From positions 8,742,001 to 8,806,000 of the forward strand of contig NC_043022.1 in assembly GCF_006345805.1 (NCBI RefSeq): a DNA stretch of 64,000 nt. The letters are read 5' to 3'. The DNA comes from Octopus sinensis (taxonomy: Eukaryota). How positions within the stretch are numbered: the stretch's first letter is position 1; every line of letters begins with the position of its first letter. Positions 40,441 to 54,309 of the stretch are shown piece by piece. The notes under the pieces were generated by a model. It had not been told where the DNA came from and did not search any database. It was given only the letters and a program-made list of their open reading frames with translations. The position numbers were made by a program, and so were the translations under genes.

Positions 40441-40538
40441 GTTTCCAAATTTTCCTATTTTATATGGAAAATAATATTCTTATCCCTTAGACAGTTATTC
40501 CAACTGCTTAACTCTACTAACCTATATATATATGTATG

Positions 40539-40569
<31 letters not shown>

Positions 40570-42197
40570 ATATATATATATGTATATATGTGTGTGTAGT
40601 TTGCAAATTTTCATATTTTATATAGAAAATAATTTTCTCATGTTTTGCTTAAAACATAACAATGGATCAAAACAAGCAAGACAGAGGGGGAAATATACAT
40701 AGACATACATGCTCACACAGACACACACACACATGTGTTTTCTTAGATTATCTTATTAGGCTAAGATAATACTTAATTGATGATTTCTCATTTGGAGATT
40801 TTGTGGCATATTTGTGTAGTAAGAAGTTTGTTTCCCGGTCAACTTCTCCTGAGTTTAGTCCACTGTGTGAATAAGTACTAAACTTAAAATTCAACTAAAA
40901 TTCTTCAAGGTGGTTCCCCAACATGGCTACAGCCTTACTGACAGAAACAAGCAAGCAAAAGATAATACCCACACACACTATATATATATATATATATATA
41001 TCATCATCATCATCATCATCGTTTAACATCTGTTTTCCGTGCTAGCGTGGGTTGGACGGTTCAACCGGGGTCTGGGAAGCCAGGAGGCTGCACCAGGCTC
41101 CAGTCTAATCTGGCAGTGTTTCTACAGATGGATGCCCTTCCTAACACCAACCACTCCGTGAGTGTAGTGGGTGCTTTTTACATGCCAACGGCACAGAAGC
41201 CAGTCAAGGTGGCGCTGGCATCAGCCACGTTCAGATGGTGCTTCGATATATATATATATATAACGTTATTATCAGTCCAAATATGCTTGATGCACATTTG
41301 AACTGGGGAACAAGCTCCTCTCTGCAATATATGTGTGTGTGTGTTTGTATGCATATATATTTTTACTGGCCTTCCCACCTAGCCAGGAGTGTGGCATTAT
41401 TTGAAAGCTGAAGCAAAGCAAGGAAGTGCATTGTGACCAGCAGTGTATAGCAACATCCAATAGTCTGATCAATACAGCGATATATTTATATATTTGGTGT
41501 TGACAAATGGACAAATAAAACATCTTTTCATGTCTTTATATGGAATTTCAGTGTGACATCAACCTGATTACTCTTAATTACCTGCATTTCAATTACTCAT
41601 ATAATGAATGGTTTGGTTAATGAATACAACACTCGAATGGATGATGTTCATGCATAGAGACCCCACTGTATAATGAATGGATTTGTTATTGCATCATGTT
41701 TGGAGGTGATTGCTGTCTTACAAGAATTACAGCAATTCGTTACTTCATCTACTTCATAACCTTAAAATTCTGTTTTGGCAAAAAAGAAAAGCCGTATCTT
41801 CATTTGGGTCTTTTCCCTATCTTTATCAACATTGATCAGCTGTTAGATATTGCATGTCAAAGTTTTAGGCTATTTATGTAACTCTCCTATGCATTCATAG
41901 GTACAGGCCTGGTTGTGTCGTTAAGAAGCCTGTTTTGCAACCATGTGGTTTCAGGTTCAGTTCCATGGTGCAGCACATTGGACAAGTATCTTCTACTATA
42001 GCACCAGGACAACCAATGTCTTGTGACTAAATTTAGTCAGTGGAAACTGTAGGGAACCCCATCATATATACAGGGTAGGCCAATAGCCATGCACAAAGTA
42101 AGTTTAATATGCTTTGAAATTGTCAAAGATATGCTTCATTTTTTTCTACAGTTTAATAAAATGATGAATACACATATACTTGTACATAATGAACAAA

Positions 42198-42229
<32 letters not shown>

Positions 42230-42968
42230 GTCTTGGTATAAAAGATGGGCTACAGCTCAATACCACAGATTTGCTTGTTAGTTGTTTGACTTTAACCAGT
42301 TGAGCATGTCCCTTGATAGCTGACGATATATGCATCTCTGATCATGAGCAGAAGTAGTGGAACATCATAGCCATGTGTTGAGAGGAGTTCTTCGGGGTTT
42401 GAATAATTCACCTCTGGAAACATGGGTGTTTCATTCAAAATCCTTAAACAACCCTTATTCAAGGACCATTTGAGTGGGATGGGCTACTGGAAAAAAATTC
42501 TAACTGGGCCTCACCTACAAGGTCATGTACTGTTAATCTTGATATAAGACTATAATGTCGTGCACATATGGTTTTGATGCATGTGCCTTGTGTACCCTTG
42601 ACAGATTGGTAGTCATGATGGATATACTGGGCTTTGTATATTTTACCCCAGTGTCACTTTGATGGCATACACCGCTCTCTCACTCAATAATAATAATAAT
42701 AATAAAGTAATATAAATATAATGTCAAATGTTTTGATGCATGATTTTTTGTCCACCCATGTATATGTAGGTGCAGGCATGGTTTTATAGTTAAGAAGCTT
42801 GCCTCCAAACCGAGGAGTCTTAGGTTCAGTACCTCTCCATGGCATCTTGGGCAAGTGTCTTCTATTACAGCCCCAGGCTGACCAAGGCTTTGTGAGTGGA
42901 GTTGATTGACTGAAACTGAAAGACATCAGTCATATACATTGACATGTGTGTATATCTATGTCCGCACA

Positions 42969-43370
42969 TACTCTTTACTCTTTTATTTGTTTCAGTCATT
43001 TGACTGTGGCCATGCTGGAGAACCGCCTTTAATCGAGCAACTCAACCCCAGGACTTATTCTTTTGTAAGCCCAGTACTTATTCTACCGGTCTCTTTTACC
43101 GAACCACTAAGTAACAGGGACACAAACACACCAGCATCGATTGTCAAGCAATGCTAAGGAGACAAACACAGACATACAAACACACACACGCATATATATA
43201 TATATATACATATATACGACGGGCTTCTTTCAGTTTCCGTCTACCAAATCCACTCACAAGGCTTTGGCCGACCCGAGGCTATAGTAGAAGACATTTGCCC
43301 AAGGTGCCACGCAGTGGGACTGAACCTAGAACCATGTGGTTGGTAAACAAGCTACTTACCACACAGCCAC
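42969..43370 (-). mobile_element. SINE family 1, full length
   Basis: Reverse complement of the 18896-19317 element. Confidence 0.85.
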
Positions 43371-44065
43371 ATGTGTATGTAGGTTTGTTTACTTTCCTAT
43401 AGCATTAGCAGTTTAAAAAGAATAGTCCAAAAGAATAAGTACCAGACTTTAAAACCAAACAAACAAATAAATAGCAGTGGTTGATTTGTTCTACTAAAAC
43501 CCTTCAAGGCAGTGCTCCAACACGGCCACAGTTCAATGAGTGAAGCAAGTAAAAGATAAAAGATTCCTTTCCCTCTTGTTTATTACTATCCTTTCTATTT
43601 GTTTTATGCAGATGCACAAATTATTTAACTATTTCCAATAATCAATCAGATCTATCTAACTGACTTAGCCTTTATCTTTTCTTACAGACATTGATCTACT
43701 AATGTTTTGACTGAGCCTCAGCTGCATTGATCTAGATTGTCTGGGAGAATCTCCTTTTGCCAGTTTATTTAATTAATAACTGCATTAAGGTCACTACTCA
43801 ATGTTTGAGTCTATATATTAGAGTCTATGTTTGAGTTTATCAATTAGACTCACTGTTTGTGTCTAAATAATATCTTCGGTACTAGAAGAAACGTCATCAA
43901 ACTTAATATTTTAAAGCTGAAAATTTATACTTTTTATAAAAATGGCTTGACAATTTGCATCTCTTGGAATAAAATAAAACTAATGAAAAAAAACAGAACT
44001 AATATTTTGACCATCCTGTCTTAACTCGAGAATTGGCTACATTATGACTACATTATTCAATATGT

Positions 44066-44108
<43 letters not shown>

Positions 44109-44128
44109 ATATATATATATATATACAC

Positions 44129-44168
<40 letters not shown>

Positions 44169-45129
44169 GTATTTATATAATAGCATTTGATTTGAGGGAG
44201 ATTTGGCTGTTATTTCAGACAAGTTCAACAATCAAATTGAGATTCACTTCTTAAGCTCGTTAAAGTTACTTTTGTTGGATGTTGATGTTTAACCACATCA
44301 AAATGGTAAGCTGGCAGAATTGTTAGCACCCCAGACAAAGTGCTTAGTGGGACTGAGACTTCTGGCAGTTTGCTGTGCTTGATAAGACACTTCAAGCTAA
44401 GTAAAATCATGGTTGTCCTTGCAAATAAGCATGTCCCCTGTATCGCAATCCTAATCTTGTGAGCTTGTGGGTGGGTGCTGGTGACATGTAAAAAGCACCC
44501 ATGCTGGTGTCCTGTAAAAGCACTTGTGCCAGTGCTGGGTAAAAGTGCCTAGTACACTCTGTAAAGTGGTTGACATTAGGAAGGGTATCCAGCCATAGAA
44601 ACCATGCCAAACAGATATGAAACATGGCCAGCTCCTGTCAAACCGTCCAACTCATACCAGCATGCAAAATAGACATTAATTGATGATGATTATTATTATT
44701 TTGATAAAAGTGCATTTTTAAATGCTAACAAATATAGTATGATATTTACTCATGTAAAAATCATAGCCCTAATTTAGTGTTAAATCCTGGTACAAATTTT
44801 TTTTCCCCTTCACCATCATAGTTTTAGATTTGCCCCATGTTTAAATTGCACCCCTGTTTCTTCACTTAAAATCAAGTATAAGATATTGTGACTTATATAC
44901 AAGTAAATGTGGTTGGTGGGAAGCTCCCAGACAACAGTGTTTTTAGTTTTCATGTTGAGTTTTAAGATTTATTGTGTTTTCAGAAACAGAATATATGTAA
45001 ATGTTATAAGTTCAAGTAAATATTATGAATTAATTTTTTTTTATTTTCTGTTTTCTTAAAAAATACATTTTTGCAGAAATTTATAGTGTAATGGAATTTC
45101 ATTTTCTTTAATTATATTTCTTCTCCTTC

Positions 45130-45153
45130 ATATTATTATTGTTGTTGTTGTTG

Positions 45154-45198
<45 letters not shown>

Positions 45199-45392
45199 TA
45201 TTATTATCATCATTATTATTATTATTATCATTATCATTATTATTACTATTATCATTATTATTATTATTATCATTATTATTATTATTATTTATTATTATTA
45301 TCATCATTATTATTATTATTATCATTATCATTATTATTACTATTATCATTATTATTATTATTATCATTATTATTATTATTATTATTATTATG
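45130..45392. repeat. (ATT/ATC)n microsatellite
   Basis: Directly visible. Confidence 0.95.
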
Positions 45393-46664
45393 ATGGTGGT
45401 TAGCAGGCAGCATTGTTAGCTCACTGGGCAAAATGCTTAGCAACATCCCATCCATCTTCTGAGTTCAAATTCCGCTGAGGTCGACTTTGCTTTTCATCCT
45501 TTCTAGGTTGATAAGTATCAGTTGAGCACTGGAGTTGACTTATCCCCTCCCCTGAAATTCCTGGCTTTGTGCCAAAACTTGAAACCACTATTATTATTAT
45601 ATCCAGGAGTTTTCTCTAATTTTCTATTTGTTTGTTTTAATAGACTTTCATCTTATAAAATGATCAAAAACAAAATAAATTTGTAGGTAGATCAAGAGAA
45701 ACAGGTGGAACTCTATTATGATGAAATATGCCAGAGGAGAGTGACAAAAACTGACAAGAAATAGCATGGGAATGATTTACTGAGTAAGAGTTCAATGTGG
45801 GTCTAATAGACAAACAGACTTTTGGCAGGCAAAGACTGTATTTACTTGGGGAAAATGTGTGAATGAGTCCCTGTGCAGGATGAATTGGTTAAAAAAACTT
45901 GAAGGTGCTGAAGAAAGCTATTATATGTGTCATAATCTTGTGCTTGATGGTATCTTCTTGTTCTTTTACTTGTTTCAATCATTAGATTATGGCCATGCTG
46001 GAGCATTGCCTTGAAGGGTTTTAGTCAAACAAATCGAAATCTGTAGTTTATTTTAGCAACCTTAGATGGATTGAAGGTAAAATTGATCTCATAAGGGGTC
46101 AACCTAAATGTAATCATGGATGATATCTGAAATAAAGAGATAAAATGGTCAAATCTGCTCAGTTAGTACTGACCTGGAGCTTAAACAATTACTGCTAAAT
46201 GATAGTCTCTTTCATACACCTTTCTGTCTTAAAAATATCATACACTGTACTAAACCTGAATCAGTAAGGTCAAAGATGGAACATCTCACATCTCTGGTTA
46301 TAAGTCATTGAGAGAGAAAGAGAGAGGGGACAGAGAAGAGAGAGTGGGGTGAGAAGATGGTGAAACTGTGATGGAATGGTTCACCCAAATTACAGGGAAG
46401 TGTATGAGTGGGACCAAGGATTACATAGTGTGAGTGAGTGGGGAAATTTGCAGGATTGTGAAAGGAGAGTGAGAATTGGATGGGGGAAGGAACGTAACGA
46501 GTAGATAGAAATTGAGGGAGAGGTGTTAGGAGGATATGTTGTGGGGAAGAGATTCAGCAGGGACAGATTGTGTGCAGGGGCGTGGACATAAATGACATGC
46601 TCTTATAGCCTCAATTTTGTGTGTGTGTGTGTCTGTGTGTGTGTATATATATGTATATATATAT

Positions 46665-46730
<66 letters not shown>

Positions 46731-46734
<4 letters not shown>

Positions 46735-46981
46735 AATGTAATATGTGACAATAGCCAAGATAAAACTCTGAGTTTCGGATGCCGAGGTGGAAATCCACAA
46801 CACTATCTCTTCGGTTATCCGGCCAGATAACCAAAGAGATGGTGTTGTGGATTTCCACCTCGGCATCCGAAACTCAGAGTTTTATCATGGCTACCGAATA
46901 ATTGTCACATATTACATTTACAGATAAATTTCCTCTATTTACATAATATCGAGGTCTCTTTCTTTCTTTTGTTATCTTACC

Positions 46982-46985
<4 letters not shown>
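46731..46985. mobile_element. Palindromic hammerhead-bearing element (family A) in (TA)n
   Basis: Inverted arms 46731-46819 and 46826-46922; a related one-armed copy lies at 1-101. Confidence 0.65.
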
Positions 46986-47023
<38 letters not shown>

Positions 47024-47379
47024 ATATATAACAATATAATAAATAAATAAAACATATGCATATATACATACATATTTATTATATTGTTATTATATGACCG
47101 AACGCACGTGTTGTTTCTCTTCTCCAAGTAAGTTTTTATTTATATATATATATATATATATATACACATGTTGATCCAAATTTGTTGGTTCTCTTGGGTT
47201 TCAAGCATGATGCTAGTTGTCAGCCACTCTGAATATGAAATGGCTGATGACTAGCATCATGCTTGAAACTCAAGAGTACCAACGAATTTGAATCAAACTT
47301 TTTTGACTCATACATGTAACTCCTAATAAATTTGTTGAGTGCCCTTCTTTCATTTGTCCACTCACTCATATATATATAT

Positions 47380-47410
<31 letters not shown>

Positions 47411-48253
47411 GTGTGTGTATATATATGTTTTTGTACCTTTGGTTGTCACCCACCTCCCCACTATTTGACAACTGGTTGGGAGAAAGAACAAAAATGTGAT
47501 AAACTATACCTAGAAAAAAATTCAGATGTGATGATCAATGTTGGAATGCCTTTAAATATAGTTCTGCTCAATTTGGGATAACTTGGGGTTAAAGAACAAC
47601 ACTAGAATAAATGGTGATTTTCTCTTGTTTTTAAAGTGTTTCATGAAGATTGTGATAATAAAAAGAACTCATTCCAAAAGACATTTATGGCAAATCTTGT
47701 CTTGCTTAATGTCACACCTCAGAACAAGTGAACATGACAGTTATTATAACATCTCAAATGAAAACTCATGAATATTGTTACATTAAAATATACTTTTTCT
47801 GTGTAATGCTGATAATTCAGTAAGTCAATCAATAAATTAATGCGCGCGCACGCACACACACACACACACAGAGGCATGGATGTGTAGTTAAGAAGTCTGC
47901 TTCCCAACCTCGTGGTTTCAGGTTCAGTCCCACTGTGTGGAACCTTCTACTATAGTCTTGGGACAACCAAAGTCTAGTGAGTGAGAATTTGTTAGACAGA
48001 TACCTAAATAAGCTTGTCACATATATAAATGTGTGTGTGTGTGTGTATGGGGTGCTGTCTTCTTGCCTTGACATCACATTATAATTGCAAGTGTCACTGC
48101 CACACGTGTGATGTCTTCCAAGATATATCTGTTCATGTGCATATTAATGTACTGTATTAGATGGCATATAAAATGCATTTTTCTAAAGAAATGTTTCTAA
48201 AAAATCCCCCCAAGTCCTGCATGCAAGGCTGGACCTTCATAAGTTTTAAAGCA

Positions 48254-48920
48254 CAATGAGTTGGGAAAGGAAAAACACCTGCACCCCAAACTAAAAAGGT
48301 CTTCTTCCATGTATGGTGTTGTTATCTGCTTGGTTGGATATGAAAGGTTTAGTCCACTTTGAACTTTTAACCCAAACCAAATGATAACAAAGGAGGTCTA
48401 CTGTGAGCAGCTAGAGTGGTTTAAGTCAGTGCTAGAAGAAAAACAATCTTTAGTTTCAAGACAAAAAGTGTCCTTCTATCAGGATAATGCTCGGCCACAT
48501 ACAGCAAGGATGACATTCCAAAGGCTGAAGCAGTTTGAATGGGAAATGATGCCCCACCCACCATATATGCCAGACATTGCTCCATCTGATTATCATTTAT
48601 GCCACAGTCTTCAAAATCATTTGGACAGAAAAGATATGAATTCTGCAGACAAGGTCAGAACAGTACTTTGTCATGGACAAGTGAATTTTGTCAGTACTTT
48701 GTCATGGACAAGTGAATTTTGTCAGTACTTTGTCATGGACAAGTGAACTGTTCTTTGTCATGGACAAGGGAATTTTGGAAGTGGGGCCTTGCAAATCTAC
48801 CAGATAGATGGAAGAGCATAGTAGAAAATGATGGGGAGTATGTTCTAGATTAAAAAAGAACTTTATCTTGAAAAATAAAAAAAGGATAAAAAGAACCACA
48901 TTATTTATGGGATGACCCAA
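48254..48920 (+). mobile_element. 5'-truncated copy of the same mariner family
   Basis: ORF 48381-48746 has QDNARPH...PHPPYMPDIAPSDYHL with 34 residues between the 2nd and 3rd catalytic D. Ends in the TIR cattatttatgggatgacccaa followed by TA. Confidence 0.9.
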
Positions 48921-49299
48921 TATATTGAGTTCTACTAATTATTAGTATCACTGTGCCTAAACAAAATCACAATATATATTACATGAATGACTGTATGATT
49001 TTGTGGTGGGGGATTTACTTTAAGTTCTTTTTTCATCTGCAAAATTCAGGTCACTCACTAACAAAGTGACAAGACTCATTTGTTTAAGTCAGTACTGCTC
49101 CTGGTGTTTGAGGTTGCCTGGATTGTTTGATGAATATGCATACATATGTGTTGTCTGTGTGTATGTGTGTGGGGGAGAGTTAACTAGTGCTCGTGGGTTT
49201 GTGTGGCACCCTATAACACGAGTGTGTGTGTTTCGTTACTGATTATGTGTTTGGATGCATATATATTTTATATGTATATGTAATTGTATGCCTCTATTC

Positions 49300-49760
49300 A
49301 CCCAGGAACCTCAAATGGAGACTCTCTGAAATGTTTTACAACTTTTTCACTGTATCTTTAATCAGTTTTATCAGGAGAATGCAAATCAGTCTGCTCCGTT
49401 CTATTTTCAAGAACCTGAGCATTTGTAGGTTTCAATGCAGATTTGTTGATTTGTTGCCTGGTACACCTATGATAAAAGGTACAAATAAAACTTTACAGCC
49501 TGATGTAAGGGCTGTAGATTTCTCCTCACTCTACATGGCAGCTGATCTCTACAGCTGTGCACAGTCTTTGTTTCTTGTCTCATATAACTATATCTGGCCT
49601 GTTGTGCTAACACTGGGTTGCTGTTCTATTGCAATGTTTGGACCACTATTCTTTATGTTTAAAAGTGTGGATACTTTCAGCTTCTGGTGTACCTTTGGTA
49701 TCTGCCAACAGGCTGTCATCATTGTTATTGTAGTTGCTCAGTCACAAACTCAGCCTTGAT
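49300..49760 (-). mobile_element. Decayed restriction-like endonuclease (REL) domain of an R4/NeSL-type non-LTR retrotransposon
   Basis: Minus strand reads ...E*WSKHCNRTATQC*HNRPDIVI*DKKQRLCTAVEISC, followed by a hydrophobic P-x-I-I-G-like segment; fits the REL PD..(D/E)xK core of R2/R4/NeSL elements. Several stops. Confidence 0.68.
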
Positions 49761-51159
49761 TTAACACATGATCAAAGATGTTTCTTCCATGACCACCCTA
49801 CCCTTTCATGTATCTAGTTTAACAAGTTGTTGCCGTTTAACCTCACTTCTGCCTTTATCTAGCAAACCCTTGGTCCAAAAGACACTCCTTCTATGACCAT
49901 CTCATCATTTCTCATATCTTGAACTACATGTCCTTCCATTTATTTTGCTAGTAGCATGTAGTCTGAGCAAAATTTGGCTAACACTTAACATGTTTGAGTG
50001 AGCAAAAGACTTGTTACTTCAATTCATTGACAAAAGTGATACGATCATCTTAAATAGGAATATCTAAAGAAATATTTCAGTTAGCCTGTTGTGTGTGTGT
50101 GTGTGTGTGTGTCTGTGTGTCTGTGTGTGTGCGTGTATGTGTGTGTGTGTGTGTGTGTGCATGTGCTTCTGTGTGTTTGTGTCTGTTGGTCTGTTTATGT
50201 CTTCACAAGTTAGTGGTCTGGCAAAAGAGACTGACAGAATCATTACCAATTTTTTTTTAAATAATTACTGGTGTTCATATATTTGACTAAACCCTTCAAG
50301 GTGGTGCTCCAGCATGGCTGCAGTCCAATGATTGAAAGAAATAAAAGATGTACTGGAGTTTGATTTATTTGACTAAACCCATCAAGATGTTGTCCCAGCA
50401 TGGCCATAGTCATTGAATTAAAAGAAGTACTGGAGTCGATTTGTTTGACTAAACTTGTCAAGGCATTGTCCCAGCATGGCCACAGTCCAATGACTGAAAC
50501 AAGTAAAATATATAAAAAATTAAATCAATATGACTCAAGAAAAATTTACAAAGCAAAAGTGATGGATTCCTAATTTAAATGGAATTAGCTCGACATATCA
50601 AATTAAAACTGCTTCAAGAGTAACTGATATACGAGAATCTTTGATAAAAATTAATTGATAAAGGGTTAATGTAAATATTTAATTTTAAATTGAAATCAGT
50701 CTGCATTAAAATTAAAATTGTAAAATATTGTTTTAAAAGTCCTTTGAGTATTTTCATTAAACATATCGTTTGTATTAAATATTTTTAAGAATATAAATCT
50801 CTTATCTGGAAGAAAATTTAATTGCTTGTAATAACCACTGTTATCAATGCATATCAATGTTTTGGATTTATTATTGTTTTTTTTTTCATTATGTTTTCTT
50901 TTAATGCATTCTGTTTTGTAATTCTTGTTCTTTTATTAATTGAGAAAGGTTGAAACTAACTGTTTCATATTTTTAATCATAGATAGCTCGATAGACAAAT
51001 AGATAGAGAGATAGATCGATAGATAGATAGTGAGAGATGGGCTGATAAAGTGATAGATAAACTGAGATATATATATATATATTTTTATATATGTATTTAT
51101 AGAAAACATGTAAACGTGTGTGTAAAGACAATTGTATTCATACACATTTTTTATAGAAG

Positions 51160-51234
<75 letters not shown>

Positions 51235-52210
51235 GCAGGTATGTGCATATGAATTTAGAGTTCACTTCATAACCATATGGCTTCAAATTCTGCCACAGCA
51301 TGACACCTTGAGCAAGTATCTTGTACTCTAGCCGCAGGTTGACCAATGCTTTGGCAATGGAATTGTAAGATAGAAGCTATATGGAAGCTTGTATGTATGT
51401 GATGCATCTGTGTGCATACACACACACACACACACGCACAATGGCTTGCAAAAACTTTATAGTCTGCTTAATAACACACAATGTTAATTTAATATGTAAA
51501 ATTATCCAACATGAATGAAAGTTTGTCTCGGTATTTTTGTGACTCTCCTTGAACTAATATCATGGCTTTTACCTAATTAGGCTTGTATTTGATTACATTA
51601 TCAATAAGAGAAAGATACATATTTATCTACTCTTTGATCAATGTTTCTTTTATCTCTCTAATTGATGTAATTTTCAGCGATCTTGCTCTCTACATTCTGT
51701 CAAGGTATTCCAGTGTGTGTGTTCTACAGGATTGAGATCGGAAGCTTTGAACAACCCATTTCAGAGATATGTCTCTGTGACTTCTTTTTCTGAGCTTGTG
51801 ATGCCTTGCTTGTATGACATTGTGTTCAATCTTTTTCTGATAATTTAGTTTTCTTATCAATTCCTTCATTGGAAGAGATGGTAAAAAAAACGCCACCTTT
51901 CAAATATTTGATTGTATTCTGGGTCACTTAAACCAGTCATATCCACCTTAAATATCTAACCTGATTTATGTTCAAACAAGCTAAATCTGGCCTCTCACAC
52001 CTATCCTACAATGTCATTTTAAAGCTAAACAATCACAACATCAAAATCACATAAGCTACAAGATAATGCATGATTAATTCAAAACATTGTAAATAAATAA
52101 GCATTATACTTGACAGAATAATCTGAATGCTAAATGGTTAAATGATTTTCAACAAAAAAGGAGCAACAAAAGGAGCATTGACATTAAATGATGGTGAAGA
52201 CGATGATTGT

Positions 52211-52254
<44 letters not shown>

Positions 52255-52505
52255 CACACACATATGTGTGTGTGTGTGTGTATACACACATAGATTGTAT
52301 TTGTAATGCGTGTGTTAGCTGGTTGAATGTTTTTTTCTGAAAACCCTGGCTTATCCAGATTGTCACTTAGGCATTTATTAGCATAATCATTTGTACCAAT
52401 TTAATTGATATAAATGTGAATTTATAATCTGGGTTCAGAAGCCAAAAGTTTTCAAGCAGTTGTCCATAGTTATCCTCTGTAACTTTGATTTTTGAAGAGA
52501 TATGG

Positions 52506-52549
<44 letters not shown>

Positions 52550-53106
52550 ACAGTTTAAATCTATTACAATTTAAGGTTATGGTAAAATACATTTTTCCAA
52601 AGTATTCCATATAGGGATTGAATCCAGAACCATGTGGTTGTTAGCAAACATGATCCCACACACACACAGACACACATACATTTGTGTATAAGTGTTCCAT
52701 ACAATGTAATGACACCTGCTTTCAGAAAACCTCTCCTATAGTTATGTCTTCTCCCTAAATATGAGATACAGGTTGAAATTATTGTTTTCAGATTTGTATA
52801 CACACAGGAAATTACTGTGTACATAATTGTTTTTTATTTATATATTTTGCCACAGTGAAAAATTTTCACATGACATCAATTTAAATATACATACAAACAT
52901 CATAAAATTATTCGAAACATTAGATTTCTGTGTTGCCCAAGGAGACAACAACAAAAAACAATAAGTACAATGATGCATGTGTGTGTATATATATGAATTA
53001 TTATAATGTTTTATACTACTATGTATATATAAAATATATATACATATATATGTATATATATATTTTATTGAAGTAACTTATTTACATATGTATATTTATA
53101 ACTTGC

Positions 53107-53138
<32 letters not shown>

Positions 53139-53215
53139 GTACATAGAATGCTCAATGTCAAATGAATGAGAAAAATGTGCTCAATACATGTAGAGTTTAT
53201 AATTTATATATGTAA

Positions 53216-53268
<53 letters not shown>

Positions 53269-54309
53269 GGTATATATAGGTATATATGAATAAATGTGTC
53301 GAGAGTAAAGGAATTTTGTTAAAATCTTCATTCAACTCCATTCTTTCATTTATTCATATAAAAAACACAAATTTCCACACAAGAACCCGGAGTTTCTACC
53401 CTTAACAGGTCGCTTCAACCATGTTTTCTGACATTAATTTGCTACCCAGGTATCGGTTAACCGAATTTTCCATGCTAGGATAATTCATTCACCTACTTAC
53501 CTATATATATATATATATATATCACATGATCACGTGACCAACCAGACCATAAGATGTTGCTACACATCGCTGGTCACAATGCGTTCGCATTGTTTTAGCC
53601 TTCGAATGACGCCACCCCGCTGGCTAAGCGAGCAGGCCAACAGAAGAAAGAGTGAGAGAAAGAGTGGTGAAAGAGTACAACAGGAATCACCACCCCCTGC
53701 CGGAGCCTCGTGGAGCTTTTAGGTGTTTTCGCTCAATAAACACACACAACCACTAGGCCATTGCACCTCCACTTATATATATATATATATATATATATAG
53801 GTATTGAAGTATATGTATTCTTTTCAACTCTCTTATTCATTTACTCTACTCCTTGTGCTGCAGCAATACTGAAGTACTGCCATGGAGTGGTTAGTCACTC
53901 AAATTGACTTATTTTAAGTCAGGTTCTTATCTTATTAGTGTCTTTTCACCAAACTGTTAAGTTATGGGGACATAAACAAACCAACATCAGTTATCAAGCA
54001 GTGAGAAAAAAAATTGCAAAGATCCACCGTCCACACACACACATTCATATTGTCATATATATATATATACAATTTAAAGAAAGCAGAAAATGGAGAAATA
54101 TTGATGAACAACAAATGACTTACATCAATTATTATTTATTATGTTATTATTTATTTTGAATGAATAACAATCGATGTAAATCAGTTGTTGCTCATCAATA
54201 TTTCTCCATTTTCTGTTTTCTTTAAATTTTGATTTTTGATAAACTCATGTTTAACCTTGTCTTTACCAATAATTTATGAGTATATGTTCACATATGTATG
54301 CCCAGGGTT

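Noticed and set aside
46300-46620. Possible Penelope GIY-YIG C-terminus and 3' UTR next to palindrome A
   Set aside because: Only a faint, frameshifted resemblance; not supportable without a profile search.
48661-48778. CRISPR-like array (31-bp repeats)
   Set aside because: Repeats are head-to-tail without spacers, inside a eukaryotic mariner.
49226-49759. 177-aa + strand ORF as a host gene
   Set aside because: It is antisense to a decayed REL-endonuclease fragment, has no recognisable motif, and starts in TG-rich sequence.
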